This document shows positions 48,764 to 63,319 of a stretch of DNA of 64,000 nt, piece by piece. The position numbers were made by a program, and so were the translations under genes. Numbering within the stretch: the first letter of the stretch is position 1; each line of letters begins with the position of its first letter. The notes below the pieces were generated by a model. That model was not told the origin of the DNA. It saw nothing but the letters and a program-made list of their open reading frames with translations, and made no database searches. Source of the stretch: Octopus sinensis (lineage: Eukaryota); contig NC_043002.1 of NCBI RefSeq assembly GCF_006345805.1, forward strand, positions 3,472,001 to 3,536,000. The letters run 5' to 3'.

Positions 48764-50710
48764 TGATCCCACCTTGTCTCCTTTGGTAGTTTTTCCCTCC
48801 CAGTTTGTTTTATTAAACCAAGAACAAAATGGAATCTCTGTTTGTTTGTCTGTCTATCTTTCTTTCTCTTTGTTTTTGCTTAGAATAATATACAAAATGT
48901 TTGTGTTCTTTCTTCTTTAGCTTTCCATTTTAAGAATCAAAATCTCCATTGTCATGTTATTTTCTTTTTTCCCTTTCTGTTCTCTCTTCCCTTCTTCCCC
49001 ACTCCTTCACCTCTTTCACAATCTTCTTCTCCTCCTCCTCCTTTTTCTTTCACCTTCATAAAATATCTGACTTCATTAGCCATAGACTCATTATCTATCA
49101 CAAGATATTCAATCTTCCTTCCTAACATGGGCCAGATGTGTAAATTAAATGATAATTAAAAATTAGAGGAAGCTACTTCATTAAGAGGACATAATTAATA
49201 TGTTTTATGAATTAAAAAGAATACCACAGAGACACAGAGGTGTAGAGCAAGGGTTCTCGTTGCCCAGGAATAAACATAATACTATCTGCTGCAAAGTCCC
49301 CACCCTAATCAACAGGCATGATAAGCCAGAGGAAATTTCACACCTCCTCCCTCACCTGTAATGGAGCAGGGGGGGGATGCACACTCACACCCACACTTTC
49401 TTGCTATGCCTCTGCAGAGATAGAAATGGAAAAAATATATATATATAGCACCAATAAAAATATTTAAAGACTATTTATTCCTTCTAACTTGAAATTATAA
49501 GAGTGTTGGTGTGGAAGGAGAGGAAGTTGCTTTACATAGAACAGAAGAAGATACTCAGTTTGGAGTGGTTCACTTTTAGTTATTTGAGAAGAGGAAATTC
49601 ATGAAATATATTCAAAGAATCTTAGTAATAAACTCCACAAATCCAATCGCATATAAACACTGATTTTCTCTGCAGTTTTTCTAACGATGATCTGTCTTAC
49701 CAGATGTTGTTTTAAGACTTAACCTTAACTCCCACCTTCTTTTGGAAACCAGTGGGGACATATTGATTTTTTTTTCAATTAAGACCATTCTAACATTGTT
49801 TAAACCTGCCAAAGGTGATGGTCCTATCCTTCACAATACCTAGGTCTCTCAGAGTACACAGCCCACAATTATATATAATATGTGTATATATACCATCAAC
49901 AGAGTGCCCCAGCATGGTCACAGTCCACTGACTGAAACTTGTAAAAAAACTTTTTTAAAAAACCTTCAAATTCTTTAATCATTTCAATCTCATCTTGAAA
50001 GATTTGCTGACAATCTCTTCTTGTACTGCATCCAGTGAAGTTTTTTTCTATTGTACATTTTTATAAAACAGGGTCTATTCATACATCCAGTAGGGGTCAT
50101 GCTCAGGCTATTTTCATCTATCTGGCTTGAAACATTCCTATATTTCTGCCATTCCTCATGTACAAATATTTTGAAAAGTTTCTTTACAGAATGACCTAAA
50201 GACAGTATTTATGAAACAAGTCATTGTCATCATCATTATCAGCATCATTTAACATCCATTTTTCCATGCTGGCATGGATTGGATGGCAAACCAGAGAGCT
50301 ATACCAAGCTCCTTCCACTTGTCTGTTGAAATGGTTTTTTACAGCTGGATGCCATTCCTAATACCACTACTTTTGTTGTTCTATAATTCTGTAACTTCCT
50401 GCTCGTTATTTCTGCAAAAACAGATATAAATACATCAATTTGTGACAGGGTCATCTTCTTCCAAAATGCTCCCAGTTGTTTGGCTCATAACTTTATGACC
50501 CAACAGTCATTCCATCTTAATTCCTCCTTATTCAAGTGACTGCAACCAAGATGTATCCCACAATGCCACACAAGGAACTGCTTATCTTTTATTAGCTTTG
50601 GTAGACCCTCAATTTCATGCTGTGTGTCTCTGCCAATAACATTAGTGGAATTCTGCTTATCATCTCCTCTTTGCTAAGCCACTTCTATCTCTCCCTTCCA
50701 CAATGATATT

Positions 50711-50947
50711 TACCTATTTCTTTACTACCCACAAGGGGCTAAACACAGAGAGGACAAACAAGGACAGACAAACGGATTAAGTCGATTATATTGACCCCAG
50801 TGCGTAACTGGTACTTATTTAATTGACCCCAAAAGGATGAAAGGCAAAGTCGACCTCGGTGGAAATTGAACTCAGAACGTAGCGGCAGACGAAATATCGC
50901 TAAGCATTTCGCCCGGCGTGCTAACGATTCTGCCAGCTCGCCGCCTT
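50711..50947 (-). mobile_element. Family C SINE, full length, young
   Basis: Near-identical to 44441-44667. Confidence 0.85.
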
Positions 50948-52032
50948 CCACTGATATTTACCATGAACCAAATCTCCACCCTTGTTTATCACTCATTACA
51001 TTCACCTCTAGCCCCATCCTTAACTATATGTTGTTCTCTCTGCCCAGATACTTATGAAATTAGCCATCCTTTTCTTCCCCCCTGATCCACACCCTATACT
51101 CTCCCTTATACTCACCTTTGGGTATCTTAAGAGTAAGCTCTGGCATCCTATCACCATCTTCCTTATCTTCTTTCCAGCTACCCTCATCCATCCTCACATA
51201 AGGCAAGGTAGCAATGTATCTCCTCTAAAGCAACACACCTGTACTTGTCCCTGTTTCGAACTTTAATCTTCGACACCTGACACGAAGCTCTCTCTCCCTC
51301 TCTCGTATTCACCCGTAATCAGTTAAGGGAGTAGGGTTCATTTTCTTTCATTTGTTTTACTTTGTCTTGCATGTGACTTGGCAACCTCACTAGTGCTGGT
51401 GTCACAAAAAAAAAAAAGCACCCAGTAGCCACTGTAAAGAAGTTAGCAGTAGAAATCAAGCCATAGCTGACACTGGGGCCTGACACAGCTCTGCAGCTTG
51501 TTGGTTCCTGTCAAACTGTCTAACTCATGCCAGCATGAAAAATGGATGTTAAATGATGATGATGACAATGATAACATCAGATATGACTTGTTGCTCAGCA
51601 TGATAGCTGTGGCCAGCACAGCCTACCCGGCATTGATCAGTAATCATACTTCATGTCTTTTAAAGAATCTGCAGCACCATGAAGTTTTCTCTTGAAAATG
51701 ATTTATCTGTAGACTTTGGTAATGTTTCTTGCTTGAAGACTTAATATCTTTGTACATAGAGCAATGTTAAATATTGTATCTTCCATGTCTTCAATTGTTC
51801 TTCTGATTTATACCATTAGGCAATGCCATTTCAAACAATGTATTTAGTGGATGGCAAAAAATTTCTGCTTTCCTTCTTGTTTGTACCATTCTCCTGAGGG
51901 CCCCACCCCCATGCTTTGATACAGCTCTATTATTATTATTATTTTGCTTAGCACATTCTATCATCTGCAACATATAATAGACTGCTGCTTCCATTTAGAA
52001 CTCATTAAGGATACTCATTAATGGAAATTTAA

Positions 52033-52254
52033 CCCTTTAGCATTTAATCTGGCCCCCATATCCATCCCAAATATTCTCCCTGTTCTATGTTCAAACTGGT
52101 CAGATCCAGCCTCTCACACCTACCCTACAATCTCATTCTAAAAGTAACAATTGCATCACTGAAATCTCAAAGCTATGAGATAATCCATGATTAATTGGAA
52201 ACAACATGAATAAATAAACATTGCATTTGACAGAATAATCTGAAAGCTCAGGGG
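52033..52254. mobile_element. TTAA-flanked piggyBac-like MITE (second family)
   Basis: TTAA-CCCTTTAGCATT ... AAAGCTCAGGGG-TTAA. Confidence 0.72.
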
Positions 52255-52819
52255 TTAAAATAGTTACATAGACTTCACAAGTGAACATAACAAAATGGAG
52301 CAGAGTGAGATGTGTGGTTAATTTAATATTACCATTGACCAATGAGAAAAAACTTGTTTGCGAATGAGCCCCACATATACACAATCTCTCTCTCTCTCTC
52401 TGCCTCTCCACCCTTCTTGCTATGTCTCTTTTTCTCTCTTTCCTTTTCTAACTGGGGTATCTTCATATCTCTTCTACAGCAAAACACCCATTATTCTTTT
52501 TAACTCATCAACCGGCACCCTTCTCAATACTACTCTCCCACCCAGTCAAGGGGCTTTTGTTTTGCAGTCGGTTTGCTAACTTCACTGGTCCTGGTACCAC
52601 ATAAAAAGCACCCACTGCTCTCTGTGAAGTAGTTGGTTTCAGGGAGGGCATCCAACAATAGAAATCAGGCCAAAGCAGACAACGGAGATTTACAGTCCTC
52701 TGGTTTTCCACCTCCTGTCAGACCCTCCAATCCATGCCAGCAGGGGAAATGAACAGCAAATGAGGAAAATGATGATGATGATAATGATATATATATATAT
52801 GTATATACAAATGTTATAC

Positions 52820-52857
<38 letters not shown>

Positions 52858-53602
52858 ACAGGCATGTGCGTGCACAGGCATGTGTGTGTGATGGTGTGAG
52901 TCCTACCATGACATCTGGCAGAAGTACAGAAACTATTGGTACTTTGACTGTGTCAATCTGTATACTTTATCTCTGGGTTCTGTTGAACCTAGTGACCATC
53001 ACCATCAACAACCATTCCAGTTAGTAAGCTCCTCAACAATAACCCTAATACTTGTTAATATAACATAGTCCGAATTATTGATTAACTAGAAAAGAGATGT
53101 GATGACATCTCTGTTGATGATGCAGGCACAGTAACCAACTGGTTGAAATAGCGATGACAGAGCTTGTCTACTGGCACCAGTTCTTCTGAATATATCAGAG
53201 GCTGTCGCACCTGTTGATTAGTCTCAGGGATGATGATGAAGACTTATCTGTTGGTGCCAGTGTATTTGATGATAGACAATTGTTTACAAAAACAAATTGC
53301 CAATTTATAAATCTATGTTCAATTTACAAGAGTACTAAGAATATTATAACATTAGGGTATTCTGTAAAAAAAAATAATAAAAGTATTATCCTTGTTGTTG
53401 TTGCAAGAAAGATAATTAACATCCAATTATTCCCATAGATTACTATTCTCAACACTTGGCAGCCTCATATCACATAATGTCTGTAATGACACCATAAACA
53501 ATTAGGACATTGCATATATATATATATATACATAGTTTTTAAATTTTGTTAAAGATTTTGCAAAAGATACCAAACTGGTTTCAACAATATTTTGTTTTTC
53601 AG

Positions 53603-53637
53603 TGACAAATTAAAAAAAAGCTTTGGAGAGATTGAAG
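53603..53637 (+). CDS. Candidate microexon 1 (35 nt; DKLKKSFGEIE)
   Basis: TTTGTTTTTCAG| ... GAAG|GTACAA; open frame, exits in phase 1. Confidence 0.4.
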
Positions 53638-53864
53638 GTACAAGGAAAAATATGGAAAAACATGCTTAAAAGATCAAATGTTCATACAAATTCAATATTC
53701 AAAAACTTTCACAGAGATTATTATGTAGACATATTGTATTCTCTTTATTCAAAATCTATGAAGTTGTACTGCAAGCATATTGCTAAGAAAGAAGACACCA
53801 TAAATTCATATCCATCATTAGAAAGGCTCATGATCACTTTACATATACAAGTTTATATTTTCAG

Positions 53865-53894
53865 ATCTAGCTAACCCACGTCAACACTTAAAAT
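53865..53894 (+). CDS. Candidate microexon 2 (30 nt; DLANPRQHLK)
   Basis: TTTATATTTTCAG| ... AAT|GTATTA; symmetric phase 1-1, weak donor. Confidence 0.35.
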
Positions 53895-53995
53895 GTATTA
53901 CTAAACAAATGTAAATGATGTTCTTATATTGAATTATTGTTTTTCAAAACTGTTATGTGTATCTAGTAATGTTTTTAATATTGTATCATTTACAG

Positions 53996-54037
53996 ATCTA
54001 GACCATATTGGAGTGATTGAAGAAGGTGATATTATTG
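53996..54037 (+). CDS. Candidate microexon 3 (30 nt to 54025 or 42 nt to 54037; YLDHIGVIEEG[DIIG])
   Basis: TATCATTTACAG| ... AAG|GTGATA or TTG|GTAAAA; both donors keep phase 1. Confidence 0.4.
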
Positions 54038-57000
54038 GTAAAAAGTGAGAATATCTATATATTTATTTGGTTTTATTTTTCAGTTTAATCCCCTTCCCAC
54101 CCCAACCCAAACTCCTATAGCATTCTTAGAATGACTTTCTTTTCCAAATGTAGATACTCGCATATTGTCAAATCAGATAGTCTTTAAAGTCTAGGAGAAA
54201 TGGTACCCATAGCCAACCAGGCAGACTGATCTAACCTCAGCAATAATATTACACTGTGACTACAAGCAAGATTTGAACTTAGCATCACATGGTCAGTAAG
54301 CCAGCACCTTAACCTTACAGCTATGGCTTATTAGTTACCATTTCTCTTGGACAACCAGATTTGTGAGCAGTTTCTTCTTGAGACAGTAAGGGAGCTTCTA
54401 TACAATTGCTTAACCTGTTAAAAATTGCTGAAAACTTCCCTCAAATCATACCTTACAATCTTTGAAAAGAAAGGACACATTGGATCAATTATATGTGAAA
54501 AAATAGAAATAGAATGATTGTAGTTAACATATCTTTGATTATAGGTCTATCTGATCAGATCTGGGGCCTCCTGTATTAAAAATAATTATTATCATTGGAT
54601 TGGCAGAATTGTTACAGCATTGTATAAAGGGCCAAATAAGTTTGACCCTGAAAAATATTAACCTTGCTTGGGAACAAATAAGGCATGGCCACAGGAAGGG
54701 CTTCTGGGCATAGAAAATCTGTCTCAACTAATTCCACCAACCTATGCAAGCATGGAACAGTGGGTGTTAGATTATGATGTTGATGATGATGATGATGATA
54801 TAGTAAAAATTTTTGAAAACTGAGAAAATAATCAACTCTATGTGAATTACATCAACTTGAAATTCAATACCATCCAACCATCTTTGATTTTCTATCCTTA
54901 TTCTTTCTTTATCCTTCTTCTTGTACCACATTCTCCACCATTCGTTCTCCCTTTCCAGCTGAGGTAGCCATGGATCTCCCTACAAAACACCTATTCTTGT
55001 CTTTCTATCATACTTTAGCCCCTCAAACACCTGACATAAAGCTACTTCTCTCAATACTATGTCCCCCACCCACATCATTCAGTAGAGTGGGGCTTGTCTG
55101 GAGAACTCACAAATACTATTACCATGAAAAAAGTATCCTTCGTACACTCTGTAAAGTGGTTGGCATTTGGAAGAGCATCCAACCCTAGAAACCATGCCAA
55201 AGCTGGCACTGGAGCTCAGTGCAACCCCCCAGTTCACTGGGGCCTATGAAACTGTCCAACCCATTGCAATGTGGAAGACGACATTAAATGATAATGAAGA
55301 TAGCCAGTCTTGCGGTCCATCACTACACTGTCTACCATGAGATGACTAACACAACCATGCTAGGATACATGATGGCTACAACTACAACGAGGGAGAATGT
55401 ATGTCTGACAGCCATCACAAATACTGTCAATACCTGTTCCCTGTGAGAGCAGAAGGGCCTAGAATAAGTCTAAATGAATTTCAAACAGATAAATACTAAC
55501 TCCCAGCCCACTCCTTAGCAAAATTCTCCCCTTCCTCCAAATTCTTTATTAATTAGAAGACAAAACAGAGTTTGTATCCATGGAATTCTTCTTTTCCCAC
55601 CATTGTTTTGGACAAGTTTTAATAATTTAAAACATCTGAATTCTATATTTTTTTTAAATAATAATTTGTTCTGTTTTCAATCTTGATGGTACATTCTTCA
55701 ACCCACCACCACTATCAACCCCATCCCTACCAATAGAAATACACATATTATCAGAAACACAATACCACTTTCATTCCACCTAGCTTGACACACTCCTTTC
55801 ATTCACATTTTGGAGCAACCAACTACTGCTCCTATTCCAGCAAAAGACATGCCACCCATGTCATCACCCATGTTCAGATCAATCATTGACTTAAATTTAT
55901 GTTTCTTATATGGTGGTGGTGGTAGTCGGGGGTGATGATGATATGTCAAGTGTTCAATAATAATTGACAAAACCAAACTGGTAATTTGTAGATCTACCTT
56001 CAAGTTACTGGGGTGCCATGAATGTGAAGATGGAAGACACTTGAAATACAGACAAAACAGTACATACCATCTTTAATTCAGAGATAAATAATGGTGAAAG
56101 AAAAAAAAGAAGAGTTCCTAGTGGCAAAAGAAAGGGCATTTAACTGTAGTGACCATGCCAAAGCAGACATTGGAGCTCAATGTAGACCTCTGGCTTATCA
56201 GATCCTGTCAAAGCAGCTAAACCATGCTGGCATAGGAGACAGATGTTAAAAGATAATGAACACGATTAGCTCAATTACACTGCAATGTCTATGTAATTCA
56301 AGTACGGTCCATAAATAAAGCCAGATATAATTTTCTTGAAATGGATTTACAATTTGCAGAGATAATGTGATTATTATTATAATGATGTGGGAGACCGACA
56401 GATTCTGATCCAAGAATAGAAGAAAGAAGACAGTTTCTTTCAGTTTAATGCTATCATATGTCAACAGAATGGGAGTAAGATACAGTGAAGGAATGAAATA
56501 ATTATGACAACAACGACTAAGTTATTAAATATCAATTAATACAGATTAATTAATAAGTAATCTTAATTACAGCATAGTTACAAATTCTTTCATACTCTTC
56601 CTACAATGACTGTGTCATGTTATAGTTTAACCCTTCATCAGCCTTGGCTGAGTAGACCTATGATCAAAGCTGTTCCAACCATGATCTTCCCATTTTTTCA
56701 TATATCTAGGACTGCATTGTTCAGTGCATCCCTTTTGTTTCTTTTGTTTTCAAGATGATCAGTGTGATTTGAGGGATATTTGGCTGCTACATCTAACAAG
56801 TCAACCAAGTCTAGAAACATTATTAATGGTCTTGCAGAGTGTTCAGTCTCCAACTTGAGTAATCTCTGTACCCCTGTGCTCATGGCATGTATACACACAC
56901 ACGTGTTGTATATACATATAGTGACAATAGAATTTAGATAAATTATGAAGCTCATTGCAATTGTGTTGAGAAAAATAAACCTGTTAGAAATATATTGATA

Positions 57001-57779
57001 TGTTCCTTAGAAAAATTCTCCTCTATATATTATAGTTTAGGCAAAAAAGGATTTCTATTAAAGCAGGCCAACATTCACAATTTGTAGATATGTCTAAATA
57101 TTTAAAAGGTAATTAGCATTGATGCACTAAACAGCTTAAACGGTTTCTTTATCTCAGATTCTTCTCAATATTACAAAATTATTGTTGGTTATACAACTTT
57201 GTAGATGATATACTTTTGTAGCTGGTATAATTTCGTAGTTTATATAATTATTGCAGATAAAATAATTTTATAAAATAACTGTGAAGATAATGTAATTATT
57301 ATCATTATCATAGATAATATTTTACAATTTTAGTGTGTAACTAAAAGATGCTCCGCATTTGTTTCAAATAGTTAGTGAAGCTATTTTTGACTTGGTTTGT
57401 TTTGATTCCTCAATCTCTTTCGCTTATCAATTCCTCATAAACCAAAGATAAACTCCTAGTGCCATAACTTTTCTTTGAATCCCAGTTAAAGCCATTTCCC
57501 TTCACATCTATGGATGCCAAAATATCTTACCACTTCTTGCTTTAAAATGTAATGTCTTATGAAATCAATTCATTGCAGACACTTTCTACTGGAATCTATC
57601 TAATTGCAAAATAAGTTGAAAACAAGTGCCACTCCTATTTCACAGTTCAATGATTCAGTTGGATGAGCACAGAACTGTAAAAACAATTGGTTGCAACAAT
57701 TCATGCATAAAGTTAATAAAATCTATTCTATAGAAGTTAGTGTGAAAATATGGAACATCTTATTATTTTTACTATTATT

Positions 57780-58770
57780 GTTTGCATTATTGTTGCAGTT
57801 TCATATGAGTTGTTCCGAATCTCCCTCAGAGACCTCAAATAAAAGCAAGTTGGACATTTTACAGTGAATGTTATTAAAGATTATTAATCATATATTATAT
57901 GGGAAGGAGACCAGAATCTGAGAACTAAAATTCTATTAAATTTGTAATGTTTCAGTTTTGAAAGAGTTTTAAGAAGAATCAGGCATTTTCAAGTCGACAT
58001 TGTCTTCTTTAGAATGTGGACAGTACCTATGAGAACAATGTTTTTGCAGTTCTGATGCCATGGGGGTTTCCTGGTACATGGCTGTAGTGTTTAGTAATGC
58101 CATTTTGATATTGTCTCCCAAGCTCCGATGATCACAGGTACAATTGTTGTTCTTAGATGCCACATTTTTAAAACCTCTATTTTAAGGTCCTTGTATTTAC
58201 TTAGCTTTGCAAATGTTTTTACAGAAGTTTTGCAGTCTGCTGGGGTTGACGTACCTATGAGCAGATATATTTTGTTCAGGTGACTTTTTACCACCACAAT
58301 ACCAGGTCTGTTGGCCTGTCAATTTGGATACTAAAATTCCAAACAATAGTAATATCTTTATTTTCTACTACTCGGACAGGCTTATATGCCCACCACTTCT
58401 TATATGGGAGTCCAGACTTATGCATATGATCCAGTGCAAGTACTGGCCAAGTCTGTAATCGCAATTAATATATTCATTTGAGGCAAGCATGAAGCACCCA
58501 GAGATGAGATAGTTGATTGTTTCCCTGACTGCAAGACAAAAGTGGTACCAAAATCAGCACCATTTTTAAGAATGCTTGTTTGGTAGTTCCTGGTGGGCAG
58601 GCATTGACCCTGAGCTTCTGTAATGAAGCTCCCTCTCTCTCTGATTTAAGTCCAGATGCTGCCAACCACTGATGGGTCATATTTGTATCTACATCAGGAT
58701 TACTGGCCATTGAAGGGTATTTTCCATGCAATGCCTTGCTTTTCCATGTATTTCACACAACACTGAGATT
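57780..58770 (-). mobile_element. Degraded Dong/R4-like LINE 3' portion (CCHC finger + restriction-like endonuclease)
   Basis: MHGKYP...THQWL..SGLKSE, P.IVVV, KLSKYKDLKIEVLKMWHLRTTIVPVIIGA, ELQK. Confidence 0.8.
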
Positions 58771-59015
58771 TCAGTTGTTCAGTTATTGTTCTTAAGGCAG
58801 AATTATTAGCACAGCAGACAAAATGCCAAGCAGCATTTCTTCCACCTTTATGTTCTGAGTTCAAATGTTGCCAAAGTCAGCTTTGTCTTTCATTCTTTCA
58901 GGGTCAAGGAAATAAGTACCAGTCGAGTGCTGGGGGTCAATGTAATTAACTAACCCTCTCCCCAGAGATTTCAGATCTTGTGCTTATAATAGAAAAGATT
59001 ATTATTATTATTATT

Positions 59016-59560
59016 GAGTGAGAGAGCAGCACATGCCATCAAAATGACATGCATAAAATATACAAATCCCATTAGACCCATCATGACTACCCAGCTGATA
59101 AGGGTACACCTGCAACACAACCATGTATGCATGAAATGGTGATCTCATATCAAGATAAACAGCACATGACCTTGCAGGTGGGACCCAGTTAGAATTTTCT
59201 TCAGGTTGAGTAGCCCATCCCACTCAAAAGGTCCCTGAATAATGGTTGTTTAAGAATGTTGTAAGAAACACCCACGTCTCCAGAGGTAAATTATTCAAGC
59301 CCCAAAGAATCCCTCTCAACACATGGCTCTGATGCTCCCCAACTACTTCTACTCGTGATCAGAGATGCACATATTGTCAGCCACTAAGGGACATGCTCAA
59401 CTGGTTATGGTCAAACAACTGACAAACAAATCTGTGGTATTGAGCAGAATATTTGCTGTAGCCCATCTTTTATACCAAAACAAAACAGTGTACATGATAA
59501 CACTTCCAATCAGTTAAGATCAGAAGCCACGAGAGCCACTGCCTGGTACTGCATCAGGGC
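59016..59560. mobile_element. Unclassified ~545-bp non-coding insert embedded in (ATT)n
   Basis: Sharp boundaries with (ATT)n on both sides; higher GC than flanks; no ORF. Confidence 0.55.
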
Positions 59561-60139
59561 ATTTATTATTATTATTATTATTATGCACTGGATTATCTAA
59601 ATCATTATAGAGACAGATTAAACACTTTGATGTATTTAGTTACATCCCTCTGAGTTCAAAGTTGATTGATATCCACTTAGTTTTTCATCCTTCACTGGGT
59701 CATTAAAATAAGTTACTGGTGTTCATTTAATTCTATTGTAAATATCTGGTCATGTGCCAATGTTAAAAATCAATGTCTATATCCACATATATATGTGTGT
59801 GTGTAAGCTTGAATGCACATGCCCACACATACACACAAATATCCTCAGGAACATTCCTCGTCCTTCCTTAGCTATCATTATTAGAGATGCTGCCAACTTT
59901 CAGGGATATACGTTACAAATTCATAGAATAAACCTTTGCTCAATGAAGCTGCAGTAACTCTAACAGTACTCATAAAGTCACTGCTGGTTCTGTAGTCCTT
60001 CCTTCTACTTGTTTTTCTTGTAGCCTGCTGGCATCAAACAAGAATTTCACCAAAAAATTCTCCTCTTTTTTTCTTGCTTTCAATTCTTAGAGTCTTCTGT
60101 AATATTTTCCCAGTTGATAAGAGGTTGAACCAAGCATCA

Positions 60140-62880
60140 TCATCATCATCTTGATTGAGTCACAGAAGCATGTCTTGGGTGCACCCTTTGGGGCAATGAT
60201 TGTCAGTCATCTCAGAATACAATATTTGGATATTCTTGCATCTGACACACTTTTTTCATGTCCCGACCATCACAGAGAATGTTTTCTAATAATGGTTTTT
60301 ATTCTCATGACTTTTATTCTTGCCAGTAACATAGACATCCCATTTAACATTCAAAATGAGATTCCCTTTTGTTTGTTGAAATCTCTCGTGCAGACACAGT
60401 TGATGTTGGTATACTGTTCAACTTTCACAACCACAAAGTAGTGTTGGAGGGCACTTTGGCTATTGTTTTGAGTTTCAGGATAGGATTGGAAATGGTATAT
60501 TGTTACAGTAACCAAATGGTTTTAAGGGCTGCTCATAATTAGCTGGAGATGAGAAGGGAGCAGCAATTGGACCAGTTATTGCTGAAGGATAAGATGTCTT
60601 TCACTGGTTCACCAGAGACAGTAATTTCAAAGATTCATCTTTCTTCAAGTAAATATTGGGAAAGAGTCTTAATTTTTGCTAAACTGACAGTGACACACAA
60701 CACTTATAATTCTGAGCTAATACATCAGAGACACGTTAGAGTTTAGCTTCAGATAATACCATCATCAACATATCAAAGCTCATATCATCATAGATTTAAA
60801 GCCTTTTGCTGTGAATTGAATGGTAATTTCAAGTTTGGAATCATGCTTGATTTTCATTAACATAGTGATACTATACATTGAAAATAGGGAAGATGTGACT
60901 ATATATCTCTGTTTAACATCACTGATGATGTTCAATTCAAGAGTGAGTTCATAATGGCAACACTCTCACCCACTTTTCATGCTAGACACAACCATTTGTT
61001 AGAAATGGTCTGGGTACGTGAATCTCTTGAGTATTTCCCATAAGATGGATCTTTGGAACTGCATCTAAGGTTCCAACCAGATCATAGATGATGAAAAAGA
61101 GTGCTTTCCATTGCTTCTTTGCTTTTTATTGGAACTGTTTAACAACAAAAATCGCATCAGTTGAGCCTTGTTCTGACTTTAGCAAAGTTTATTTAGAAAG
61201 TTGTCTTTATTGAGTCAGCAAAATCCAAGACGAAATCTTGCCAGCAGATAACAGAAATATTTTTGTTTTCATATACACCATGATCGTCTTTCTTTTTAAC
61301 ACAGTCACAACACTGGCATATTTAAAGTTATTAAATACATGTTTTCATTCTTATATTTAGAGTACCAGGTGGTGGAAATGAACATTGAAAGATGTTCCTC
61401 ATTGCTTGTACAGTTCAGCAGGAATGAAACTGGGGTCTAAGAGTTTTGTAGTCATATATCTGAAAGATAGCCAGTGTCCAGTTCCTTCTATGACAGGGGA
61501 GTTTCCACCCATGTCTGCTTACAGTGGAGAGTTCAGCTGTCACCAGAGACTGATCAATTGATTGGTGAAGTGTTCAAATTCATGTGATCATCTGTCACAG
61601 TACTGCCACCTCCAGCTCTCCTTGTTTGGACAATAGCGGATACAAATAGCTGAGGAAAAGTCACATGTGAGATATTGTATTTCATTGGCCTTGGCTTACC
61701 GCATCATTCTGAATCTACAGATTTAGAATTGAACAAGGAAGTGATGAAAGTTGGCTTTCTTGATTTGGGATCAAAGGCTGTTTTTCTAAGCAAATCTTGT
61801 AGAGTTTTGGTTGAGATGAGTTCACAGATTTCTTTCCATCAAATCTTGATGTGTGTCATTTGAGAATTATACTAATGACTGAACGGCACATACTACAGTA
61901 TTTTTCAGGTGAGATCATTGAAACTCTAAGATGGAATGAAATGGGGATCAGATTCTGTTCCCAGGTTGAAATTTGTGATGAGTTTCAAGACATTTTAGTT
62001 GTTGAAAATTCAGCTTCTCTGACAATGGTTTATTGTTCTTCAGGTTACCCCTTGGTTTACTTTACAATTCCATTCTTTGACATGACAAGACAAAATAATG
62101 GTTAATGCAGCTGTCATCATTGTTCAGTAATATTGATGTCACTTCTTCAGACAATAATGTCATCAATTTGAGGCCAATGACATGACCGATGCCTCCAGAT
62201 TGCATTGTAAACAGACTTCAACCTGAAGAAGGAAGTGCTAATCATTTGGTCATATTCAGCAGATAATCTGAAAAGAAGACGACTATTATAGCTGTAGTTT
62301 GCAATGCCTTGGTTTCTGGTGATGCCATTCCAGATGCTGCACTTTCCCCACCCAGGTGTTGCAGTCATCCTTGAGAAGGTTTTTGTCTGACTGTTGTAGA
62401 AATTTAATTTATCTTCATGATATGCATCAGGTGCTGCCATAGCTGTTGCATCATGGCCCTTGAGAAGACAATCCTTTCGGTGTAGGGGTGCATTAGTTTT
62501 AGATCCCTCACCAACTTAAATTTCACAGCAAAACTCACTCATCCATCATTTTTGTGCCTCTCAATCCTCTCATTCTAACATCATCTCTACTCGTTCACTA
62601 ACCACTTTACAAATAGAAATTTTCATTTAACATTCTACAAGAAAGTGTATCCAAGGCCAATTTCTGTCACTTCCACCTTTATCTGCAAATCCAGTTTCAG
62701 TAATTACTGCAATATCAACATTAAACTTTGCCAGGTCATCATTCTGGTCAGGCAATGTTTTTCCTGTCTTACAGATTTCAAATGTTCCATATTCTAGCAA
62801 TGAAAAAGGGTTGTTTGATTAATTGAATAATTGTTGCAACCACAAAATGGATAGCCAACTGGGTATGGTTTTCCAGTCAG
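60140..62880 (-). mobile_element. Near-full-length, heavily degraded RTE/BovB-like LINE (APE endonuclease + RT)
   Basis: DDLAKFNVDIAVITETG (~62720), WRHRSCHWPQIDDIIV (~62170), APDAY, RT remnants; (GAT)n tail at ~60140. Confidence 0.75.
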
Positions 62881-63319
62881 GAGAGTCAGAGATAAATCTA
62901 TTCCCAACATTCCTCTCTTTCTCCTTTCATATGTGTGTGTGTGTGAAAATTTTTCAATCAAAATAAAGGCAATCAGACATCCAAAGAGGACTCAATACAA
63001 GTTAATAGGGAGCAAATAGTTTTACTTTCAGTTATTTTATATATATAATGTTTTAGCAAAGAAACTCTGCTTTCACTGATTTAATAGCCCTTCAGAAACT
63101 GAATATTTTGAATCTTAAAACATAGTTCAGATAGTTCAAAATATCTTTGTAATTCAAATATTCAGAATGAATTTAATTCATAAGACTTGAAATAATTTCT
63201 CTACAAAATATGATAACAAAGAATTAGAAATAGGAAGAATAATCAAACAATGGTATTTCAAGTTAAGTGAGCACACACACATACTTATAGAGTATCATTA
63301 CTATAATAAATAAAGCATG

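Noticed and set aside
59490-59530. Faint similarity to U2 snRNA (ATCAGTTAAGATCAGA)
   Set aside because: Match is too short; it lacks the branch-point recognition sequence and Sm site.
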